Positions 5,578 to 11,469 of a stretch of DNA of 11,469 nt are shown in pieces. A program made the translations under genes and the position numbers. Numbering within the stretch: position 1 is the first letter of the stretch; every line of letters starts with the position of its first letter. The notes under the pieces were generated by a model. It saw only the letters and a list, made by a program, of their open reading frames with translations, had not been told where the DNA came from and searched no databases. The DNA is taken from contig CAYXWT010000024.1 in the NCBI GenBank assembly GCA_964468895.1, positions 1 to 11,469 on the forward strand, read 5' to 3'. Source of the stretch: an uncultured archaeon. Its GTDB lineage: Archaea; Iainarchaeota; Iainarchaeia; Iainarchaeales; CSSED10-239.

Positions 5578-7773
5578 TTTTTTAATTCTATTTAATCTAA
5601 AACCAGCAGTTTTTAATTGTTCAGTACCAAAACCAGCTTGTTTTAATTGTTCTAAATTATATCCAACTTTATATAATTGAGTAGCACTAAAATTTAACTT
5701 TCTAAGTTCTTTAGCACTAAAATGTAATATTCTAAGTTGTCTAGCATCAAAACCAAGTTCATAAATTTCTTTAGCACTATAGCCAGCATAATGAAGTTCT
5801 CTAGCACTAAATCTAGCATCATATAATTCATTAGCACTATACCCTGCTTCTCTAAGAGAAGTTGCATCATAATCTGCTTTTTTAAGCTCTCTAGCACTAT
5901 ATACTTTAACTAAATCTCTAGCTTCAAATTTTGCACGTCTCATATCTTTAGCATTATAACCAGCTTTATAATATTCTTCAATAGGAATATCTAAATCTAT
6001 TAATTCTTTAGCTTTATAATCTGCAAATCTTAAAGCTTCTAAACTAAAACCAACTTTGTATAATTCAATAGCAGAGTAACCAACTGAATGAAATTGCTTT
6101 GCACTATAACCTATACTTAATAATTCTTTAGCACTAAAACCATTCATTCTTAGATCATATAAAGTAAAACCAGCTAAATGTAAATCTAAAGCACTAAAAC
6201 CTGCTAATCTTAAAGCTTCTAAATCAAAACCAAAACTTAAAAATTCTTGAAGAGAACAACCAAGTTTATGTACTTCATTAGCTAAAAAACCAATATCTAA
6301 TAATTTTTTATAATCAATACCACTATCAAATAAATCTTTAGCACTATAACCTACTGCTTTAAGATCTACAATAGTATAACCTAAATCTAATAAATCATTT
6401 ACATTATATTTTAAAAATCTTAATTCTTCAAGTGTAAATGTTTTTTTATCTACACAATGTTCAAATATTTTTCCTATAGCTATTAATTCTTCAAGACTAT
6501 AACCAGCTTCTTTTAATTGAAGAATTGTAATACCTTGATTATAAAGTAGTTTTGCTGGAACCTTCTTTTTTTTAAAATCAATAATATTATAATCTAAATC
6601 TAAAAATTCTTTTACAGTAAAACCAGCTTCTAAAAGATCATTAATTTTAAAACCAATACTTATTAGTTCTTTTAAAGAAATATCTTCTTCTTTTAGATTT
6701 TTAGGAATACAATCTTGAGATATTAATTGTTCTAAACTAAAACCAGCTTCATATAATTCTTTAATACTATAACCAGCTTCTTTTAATTCTCTAGCACTAA
6801 ATCCACATTTTTTAAAATCTTTTAAAGTAAATATATCTTTAAGTTCATTAATATTATAACCTAAATCACATAATTTTTTTAAAGTAAATTTGTGTTTAAT
6901 TAAATCTTTTGGTTTATAACCTAATTCAAATATTTCTTTAATAGAATAATTTGCTTTAATTAAATCATTAAGACTATAACCTGCTTCTTTTAATTCTTTA
7001 GCACTATAAGCATTTTCTTTTAATTTTTTTGCATTTACATTTAATTTTTTTAATTCTTTAGCACTATATTCTGCATATATAATAGAATCTACATCAAAAC
7101 CAACTTTATATAATTCAACAGCATTATAACCTACTTCTTTTAATTCTTTAGCAGAACAATTAGTAGTTTTTAATTCTTTTAAAGTATATTTTTCTTTATT
7201 TAAGTCATTAACAACAAAACCTAAATCATATAAATCTTTTACATTTAAATCTAATTTTTTTAAATCTTTAAGATTTAATCTTAATTGTTTTAATTTTTTA
7301 GAATTTATTTTATTTTCAAGTAATTCTTTTACTTTATAACCAGCAATAATAATTTCTTTAATAGAATATTTATTGGAATATAGATCTTTAAGAGTATATT
7401 TTTCATCTTTTAATTCTTTAGCTAAAAATCCAATTTTTTTTAAATTTAATATAGAAATATTTTCTTTTTTAAAATCTTTTAGATTATAACCAATATCTTT
7501 AATTTCTTTTAATTTAAATCCAGAATCTAATAAATCTTTTATTTTAAATCCGGCTCTTTTAAGTTCATTATAATTAAATTTTAGTTTTTTATAAATAATT
7601 GATTTTGCTTTTATTTTTTTTAAATTTTTTAAAAAACCAATAATACTTATTTTATTATATTTTAAATCTTCAATAGTAACTTGAGGTATTACAAATTTAT
7701 TACTTATATTTAATTGTTTATCTATTAATTCTAAAACTTCTTTTTTATTTAAATTTAATTTTTTATTTTTCAT
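5563..7773 (-). CDS. 736-aa tandem decapeptide-repeat protein (about 65 units; consensus a-G-[YF]-[ST]-a-k-[ED]-L-k-e); family unknown
   Basis: Uninterrupted 2.2-kb ORF with ATG at 7771-7773 and TAA at 5563-5565. SD-like GGATGTGAT (plus-strand 7780-7788) lies 6 nt upstream. There is a strict 10-residue periodicity over nearly the whole length, for example AGYSAKELKE AGYSLNDLIK ANYSIKEIFE LGYKPKDLIK. No signal peptide or TM helix. Confidence 0.85.
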   Translation of the reverse strand: MKNKKLNLNKKEVLELIDKQLNISNKFVIPQVTIEDLKYNKISIIGFLKNLKKIKAKSIIYKKLKFNYNELKRAGFKIKDLLDSGFKLKEIKDIGYNLKDFKKENISILNLKKIGFLAKELKDEKYTLKDLYSNKYSIKEIIIAGYKVKELLENKINSKKLKQLRLNLKDLKKLDLNVKDLYDLGFVVNDLNKEKYTLKELKTTNCSAKELKEVGYNAVELYKVGFDVDSIIYAEYSAKELKKLNVNAKKLKENAYSAKELKEAGYSLNDLIKANYSIKEIFELGYKPKDLIKHKFTLKKLCDLGYNINELKDIFTLKDFKKCGFSARELKEAGYSIKELYEAGFSLEQLISQDCIPKNLKEEDISLKELISIGFKINDLLEAGFTVKEFLDLDYNIIDFKKKKVPAKLLYNQGITILQLKEAGYSLEELIAIGKIFEHCVDKKTFTLEELRFLKYNVNDLLDLGYTIVDLKAVGYSAKDLFDSGIDYKKLLDIGFLANEVHKLGCSLQEFLSFGFDLEALRLAGFSALDLHLAGFTLYDLRMNGFSAKELLSIGYSAKQFHSVGYSAIELYKVGFSLEALRFADYKAKELIDLDIPIEEYYKAGYNAKDMRRAKFEARDLVKVYSARELKKADYDATSLREAGYSANELYDARFSARELHYAGYSAKEIYELGFDARQLRILHFSAKELRKLNFSATQLYKVGYNLEQLKQAGFGTEQLKTAGFRLNRIKKLSKN
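5578..7650 (-). repeat. 30-nt-period intragenic tandem repeat array encoding the decapeptide units
   Basis: Exact copies of TTCTTTAGCACTA (reverse complement TAGTGCTAAAGAA, codons for S-A-K-E) occur at 5707, 5767, 6124, 6994 and 7054, all spaced at multiples of 30 nt. Many one- or two-mismatch copies also occur (for example 5797, 5827, 6335, 6787). The array is contiguous, has no spacers, and lies entirely inside the ORF. Confidence 0.85.
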
Positions 7774-7779
7774 ATAATA

Positions 7780-7788
7780 ATCACATCC
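7780..7788 (-). promoter_or_regulatory. Shine-Dalgarno-like GGATGTGAT upstream of the repeat-protein gene
   Basis: Plus-strand ATCACATCC reverse-complements to GGATGTGAT, an 8/9 match to GGAGGTGAT. It lies 6 nt before the ATG at 7773. Confidence 0.45.
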
Positions 7789-7899
7789 AATACATAATTA
7801 AAAGCTAAATTAATTATATTTAGTAAACAAGTAATATTTCACCTAAGATATAATATATATAAGAATGGAAATATTTATATATTATTATAAAATGCAAAT

Positions 7900-7917
7900 T
7901 AGGTTATGTAGAACCTA
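7900..7917 (-). terminator. Short hairpin just downstream of the tspO stop
   Basis: TAGGTT (7900-7905) and AACCTA (7912-7917) form a 6-bp stem with a 6-nt loop. On the minus strand it starts 13 nt after the tspO stop and is followed by ATTTGCATTTTAT. It is the only GC-containing structure in this spacer. Confidence 0.2.
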
Positions 7918-7930
7918 CAATTTTGTTTAA

Positions 7931-8440
7931 TTAATTTAATATTAAAATTAAAAGATTTAATATGGTTGCAAAAGCAACCCATAAAACATAAGGAAATAAT
8001 AAATATGCCGATGTTTTATTAATCTTATAAAACATAATAGTACAAAAAACAATTAATATTTCCAAAATTATAATTTCTATTAATCCTACAAGTAATAATT
8101 TAAATTCAAAAAATATTAAACTCCAAAGTATATTAAAAATTAATTGTATATAAAATAAGTTAATAGCTTTGTTTCTTAATTTTCTATTTTCCAAAGAGTT
8201 AGTTTTCGTACTTAATAATAAATATAAAGAAATAATCATTAGAATAAATATTATATTCCATGCTATTGGAAAAACATAACTTGGTGGAACTATTGACGGT
8301 AAGTTAATTGTTTTATACCAAGTAGATGTATTTCTACTTGTAAAAATAGAACCTAATAAAGCAGTTACAACAATACTTACAAAAGATACTACAAAATATT
8401 TTAATTTTAAAAATTTATTTTTAATTTTTATCGAAGACAT
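7931..8440 (-). CDS. tspO: TspO/MBR family (tryptophan-rich sensory protein / translocator protein homologue)
   Basis: 169 aa with five hydrophobic helices. Family-typical blocks are present: WYKTINLPSIVPPSYVFPIAWNIIFILM, QLIFNILWSLIFFEFK, and C-terminal AYLLFPYVLWVAFATILN. Size and motif order match the TspO family as I recall it. Confidence 0.85.
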   Translation of the reverse strand: MSSIKIKNKFLKLKYFVVSFVSIVVTALLGSIFTSRNTSTWYKTINLPSIVPPSYVFPIAWNIIFILMIISLYLLLSTKTNSLENRKLRNKAINLFYIQLIFNILWSLIFFEFKLLLVGLIEIIILEILIVFCTIMFYKINKTSAYLLFPYVLWVAFATILNLLILILN

Positions 8441-8484
8441 ATTTAATATATATTTAAAATCATTATAAACTTTTCTATATCATT

Positions 8485-9351
8485 TTATTTAGGTTTTTTA
8501 TTTTTAAAAGACCAATATTTCTTTTTTTCAGATCTTTTAAAACCAAATTTATTAGCTATACTTTTATGCATACCTTTAACTCTTTTTTCAATTTCGGCAC
8601 AGTCTTTTTTGTATTCTTGAGCATAGACTTTTTCTAAAGGTAATTCTAGTAACATAGCTCTATCTTTTAATTCATGATTATATCTATATTTATGATTCCA
8701 AAGATGTTCAAAATTTAAATGTTTTAAAGATTTAAAATAATTTGGATTTAAAAAGAATATAGTTTTTTTATTTTTAAAATTATTTATAAATAAAGAATAA
8801 ATAAAATTTGAAAAATATTTGATTTTATGGTTTTTACAAAACTTTTTAACTTCTATAGGATTAGCTGTTTGATAATTACCTAAAATAACAGATGTTTTAA
8901 GATTTCTATTTACAAAAAGATCAAAATTCAACCTAGATAAAAAAGGTTCTTTAAAAATAGATTTAAGTATTATATCCTCAGAATAAACATCAATAGCTAG
9001 AGATAAAGGTGCATCTTGATAAGTTGCAATTTTAAAAGTTAATTTATGTTTTTTAAAATCTTTTTTTAAATCACTTAAAACAGGAGCTATCATTTTAAAA
9101 GAAATATATATTAATTCATTTTTATTTAAATTAATATTATTCTCAAAAACAAATCTCTTAGATAACAATTTAAACAAAGATGTGTTTTCTATTTTTTTAA
9201 TTAAATTAAAAGTATTTACTTGATTTAAATAGGGGTTATGTAGTATAGAGGTATATAAATTGAGCTTTTTTATTTTCCTACCTTTAATTAAAGAAATATC
9301 TCTTTCATTTAAACCAAGTAATGCTAAATTTTCAAAATTTACTTTTTGCAT
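8485..9351 (-). CDS. Hypothetical protein, 288 aa, soluble, basic C-terminal tail; no family recognised
   Basis: ATG at 9349-9351 and TAA at 8485-8487. It starts 19 nt downstream of the preceding gene, and tspO begins 44 nt downstream of its stop. Length and operon position support a real gene. No catalytic motif identified. The C-terminus is KFGFKRSEKKKYWSFKNKKPK. Confidence 0.65.
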   Translation of the reverse strand: MQKVNFENLALLGLNERDISLIKGRKIKKLNLYTSILHNPYLNQVNTFNLIKKIENTSLFKLLSKRFVFENNINLNKNELIYISFKMIAPVLSDLKKDFKKHKLTFKIATYQDAPLSLAIDVYSEDIILKSIFKEPFLSRLNFDLFVNRNLKTSVILGNYQTANPIEVKKFCKNHKIKYFSNFIYSLFINNFKNKKTIFFLNPNYFKSLKHLNFEHLWNHKYRYNHELKDRAMLLELPLEKVYAQEYKKDCAEIEKRVKGMHKSIANKFGFKRSEKKKYWSFKNKKPK

Positions 9352-9370
9352 AATTTTTTCTTTTATAATA

Positions 9371-9610
9371 CTATTTTAAAGTTTCTTTATAATTATTGCT
9401 TACAACTATTGCAAAAAGAACTAATAATCCAACAATGAATATAGATATCCAAGCTAAATTAGGAACTGCTAAACAAATTATTAGAACTGTAACAAAAGTA
9501 AATATACACACAGTTTCTACAATACTTACAAAAACATTTTTTTCAGATTTTGTCTTTAAATTTGTTTTAGCTTTACCATCTACAGATATTGTTACTTTTT
9601 TACGAACCAT
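9371..9610 (-). CDS. Small membrane protein, 79 aa, two predicted TM helices
   Basis: Basic N-terminus (MVRKKVTISVDGKAKTNLKTKSEK), then VFVSIVETVCIFTFVTVLIICLAV and AWISIFIVGLLVLFAIVVS. The ATG lies 4 nt after the helicase TGA stop, with AAGGAAG inside the helicase 3' end acting as an SD-like motif. This arrangement suggests translational coupling. Confidence 0.55.
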   Translation of the reverse strand: MVRKKVTISVDGKAKTNLKTKSEKNVFVSIVETVCIFTFVTVLIICLAVPNLAWISIFIVGLLVLFAIVVSNNYKETLK

Positions 9611-9614
9611 AATA

Positions 9615-10979
9615 TCATCTTCCTTTTTTATTAAAGTATTTCTTTTTTTGAGTAGCTTTTTTATGCTTCTTAGATGTCTGTAGTTGATTATATTTATATT
9701 TCTTTTCTTTTTGCTCTAAATATTCAGGACTGTTTTTATCAACAACTTTAAATTTTTCTTTAACTCTATTAACTTCATCTTTTCTTCTTTTTTGTGTTCT
9801 AAGTTTATTAGAATAAGATTTTGAGTTTTGGAAATTGTCAATTTTGTCACGTATATTAATAGTTTTAAGATCTAAAATTTTAAAATCTGGCTTTTTAATA
9901 CCTTTAACGTCAAAATTTTTAGTGATTTTCAAAAAAGAACCTTCTTCTCTATTAAGAATTAAATTTACTACTCTACCAGATTTACCATTTCTAGCAGTTC
10001 TTCCAATTCTATGAACATATTGATCTTTTTCTCTAGGTAAATCATAATTATAGATTTCAGTTATATTTTCAATATGTAAACCTCTTGCAGAAACATCTGT
10101 AGATATTAAAACACCTTTTGTACATTCTTTAAATGCGTTAATAGTTTTAGTTCTTACATTTTGAGAGATACCACCATGTAATTTAAAAGAATTAAAATGA
10201 TTTAAATCAAGATTATGATGCACAATATCTACTAAATCTTTAGTATTACAAAAAACTATAGATTTACTGTTTCTTTGTTTATCTAATAAATAAAATAATA
10301 ATGAAAACTTTTCTTTACCTTTCATTTTATAGTATTCTTGTTTAAGTTTACTTGAATCTACAAAATATTCTACAACTATTCTTTTAGCGTTAGTTAAATA
10401 TTTTTTTTCTAATTTTGTAATATCTCTAGATATTGTAGCTGAAAACAAAAGAACTTGTTTTTCTTTTGGACTTTTTACAATAACTGTTTGAATATCTTTA
10501 TAAAAACCCATATCACACATTCTATCAGCTTCATCTAAAATAAGAATTTTTAAATTTTTTAAATCTAAATTTCTTCTATTCAAATGATCTAATAATCTAC
10601 CAGGAGTTGCAATTACTATATCTGCTTTTCTAAGTTGTTTTTTTTGTTCATAAATAGAAGTACCACCAAAAACAACACATGAATTTATAGGAACATACTT
10701 AGTAAATTTAGCACATTCTTCATATACTTGGTTTGCAAGTTCTCTAGTAGGAACAACTATTAAAGCTTGAACCACTTGAATAGGATCAATTTTAGGTATA
10801 ATACCTGCTAAAAAAGCAAAAGTTTTTCCACTACCTGTAGCAGATTGACCAATAACATCATTTCCACTTATTATTAATGGTATTGTTTGTTTTTGTATTT
10901 CTGTTGGCTTTTCGAAGCCCATTTGTTTAACTATTTTTAGTGTATTTTTATCTACACCTAATTTTTCAAATTCTTTCAT
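9615..10979 (-). CDS. DEAD-box ATP-dependent RNA helicase with a roughly 90-aa basic C-terminal extension
   Basis: 454 aa carrying the full motif set in order: Q motif GFEKPTEIQ, I AxTGSGKT (SATGSGKTFAF), Ia PTRELA, Ib TPGRL, II DEAD (10524-10535, GAT GAA GCT GAT on the minus strand), III SAT, V TDVSARGLH, VI HRIGRTARNG. The Lys/Arg-rich tail is ...KLRTQKRRKDEVNRVKEKF...KKHKKATQKKKYFNKKGR. Confidence 0.93.
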   Translation of the reverse strand: MKEFEKLGVDKNTLKIVKQMGFEKPTEIQKQTIPLIISGNDVIGQSATGSGKTFAFLAGIIPKIDPIQVVQALIVVPTRELANQVYEECAKFTKYVPINSCVVFGGTSIYEQKKQLRKADIVIATPGRLLDHLNRRNLDLKNLKILILDEADRMCDMGFYKDIQTVIVKSPKEKQVLLFSATISRDITKLEKKYLTNAKRIVVEYFVDSSKLKQEYYKMKGKEKFSLLFYLLDKQRNSKSIVFCNTKDLVDIVHHNLDLNHFNSFKLHGGISQNVRTKTINAFKECTKGVLISTDVSARGLHIENITEIYNYDLPREKDQYVHRIGRTARNGKSGRVVNLILNREEGSFLKITKNFDVKGIKKPDFKILDLKTINIRDKIDNFQNSKSYSNKLRTQKRRKDEVNRVKEKFKVVDKNSPEYLEQKEKKYKYNQLQTSKKHKKATQKKKYFNKKGR

Positions 10980-11328
10980 ATTTTAACACTTTTTTTTTAT
11001 TTATACATATACCTTCAAGAAAATTAGATAATTCTTGTTTAGGTTTATCTGATTGTATTATCTTTTCCACAATATTTTTAATAAATCCTTTAAATTTTTT
11101 AGGATCTTTTTTTAAAATAATGGAATAATTTTCTATAAAAAAATTTACAGCTCTATAAAGATTAGATGTAATCTCTGGAGAATTAGAAAAATTCATTTTA
11201 ATTAAACTAACTTCATGTTCCAACAATCTTAATTTTGGTTCTACTATTTTTATTTTTCTTTTGATTTTAGATTTAAAGTAGATTTTTTTAATTTTACCAA
11301 AATTTTTTAATATCTTTTTAATAACCAT
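10966..11328 (-). CDS. Hypothetical protein, about 120 aa; 3' end overlaps the helicase start by 14 nt
   Basis: The track ORF (10966-11340) begins at a TTG. The first ATG is at 11326-11328, and I prefer it as the start. The stop TGA at 10966-10968 overlaps helicase codons 1-5 (ATGAAAGAATTTGA). The protein is Lys-rich and predicted helical, with no motif recognised. Support comes only from ORF length, strand and operon context. Confidence 0.45.
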   Translation of the reverse strand: MVIKKILKNFGKIKKIYFKSKIKRKIKIVEPKLRLLEHEVSLIKMNFSNSPEITSNLYRAVNFFIENYSIILKKDPKKFKGFIKNIVEKIIQSDKPKQELSNFLEGICINKKKVLKYERI

Positions 11329-11469
11329 AATAAACAACAATCAAATTTGTTTTCAATTATATAAAAAAGCTATATATTTAAAAAAAGACATAAAATAAAA
11401 ACTTTAAATTATTTGAAATTAATATACTATCAAATATACTAATATTAGGATAGTTTTTCTTTTTAAATA

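Noticed and set aside
5694-5897. 67-aa ORF on the minus strand inside the repeat gene.
   Set aside because: It is in an alternative frame of the same strand as the 736-aa gene. Its own periodic, Leu/Met-rich low-complexity sequence is a by-product of the DNA repeat. It has no independent start context.
5578-7650. The regular 30-nt periodicity could be mistaken for a CRISPR array or a non-coding satellite.
   Set aside because: The units are contiguous with no unique spacers, lie wholly inside a 2.2-kb open reading frame, are conserved at protein level (G-[YF]-S-x-x-E-L) more than at DNA level, and have no adjacent cas genes or leader. This is a coding tandem repeat.
5563-7773. Classifying the repeat protein as a pentapeptide-repeat (A(D/N)LXX, Rfr-fold) protein.
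   Set aside because: Only every second pentad (A-G-[YF]-S-A) fits. The alternate pentad (K-E-L-K-E) would put Lys at the inward-pointing i-2 position. The S-x-x-E capping box plus Gly C-cap suggests short helices instead. This is left as an open question to be settled by profile search or structure prediction.
7865-7930. Tiny ORFs in the intergenic spacers (for example the 21-codon ATG at 7865 on the plus strand, and a 12-codon ORF upstream of the cassette on the minus strand).
   Set aside because: They have no RBS-like motif and no recognisable motif such as Cys pairs, and their length is well within random expectation. This contrasts with the 4476-4649 ORF, which has both a zinc-ribbon signature and an SD.
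9396-9683. 95-aa plus-strand ORF overlapping the 79-aa gene and the helicase 3' end.
   Set aside because: It is antisense to two tightly coupled minus-strand genes. Its translation is a Phe/Leu/Thr-rich mirror of the Lys-rich sense frame. No start context supports it.
9615-10979. The helicase as part of a phage-defence or mobile-element module.
   Set aside because: It carries the complete canonical DEAD-box (eIF4A/RhlE-like) RNA-helicase motif set and no nuclease, methylase, ATPase-partner, integrase or toxin gene is nearby. Nothing in the window resembles a known defence architecture.
10940-11128. 62-aa plus-strand ORF across the junction of the helicase and the 120-aa gene.
   Set aside because: It is antisense to the overlapping minus-strand genes, its sequence is low-complexity Phe/Ile/Leu, and it has no supporting signals.
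1-11469. Alternative genetic code (TGA read as Trp or Gly, as in some AT-rich reduced bacteria).
   Set aside because: ORFs of 934, 736, 516 and 454 codons are uninterrupted under the standard code. All Trp codons I checked are TGG. TGA sits at sensible gene ends (helicase at 9615-9617; 120-aa ORF at 10966-10968). In a code 4 or code 25 genome of this AT content, in-frame TGA would be frequent.

Overview
Very AT-rich window (roughly 25% GC by eye, with intergenic spacers almost pure A/T). It is densely coding and uses the standard genetic code: long ORFs are uninterrupted, Trp is TGG, and two genes end in TGA. I found no rRNA, tRNA, CRISPR array, transposase or integrase.

Gene content is most consistent with an archaeon, possibly a small-genome DPANN-like lineage: a class I (archaeal-type) lysyl-tRNA synthetase, a very large surface protein with a C-terminal anchor, and many orphan genes. 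This is inference, because class I LysRS also occurs in spirochaetes and some alphaproteobacteria.

Layout:
- Plus strand: the 3' 2.8 kb of a large surface-protein gene that runs off the left edge, then lysS (class I), then a C4 zinc-ribbon mini-ORF that is not in the supplied ORF track.
- Minus strand, converging on these, seven co-directional genes: a 120-124-aa hypothetical, a DEAD-box RNA helicase, a 79-aa two-TM protein, a 288-aa orphan, TspO, a 736-aa repeat protein, and a membrane-anchored CGHC thioredoxin-fold protein.

The standout feature is the 736-aa ORF (5563-7773). It consists almost wholly of about 65 in-register 10-residue units (best units AGYSAKELKE), and I cannot assign it to any named repeat family. 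The other candidates for follow-up are the surface protein with its sorting-signal-like tail, the tightly coupled helicase operon of unknown genes, and the hidden zinc-ribbon ORF.
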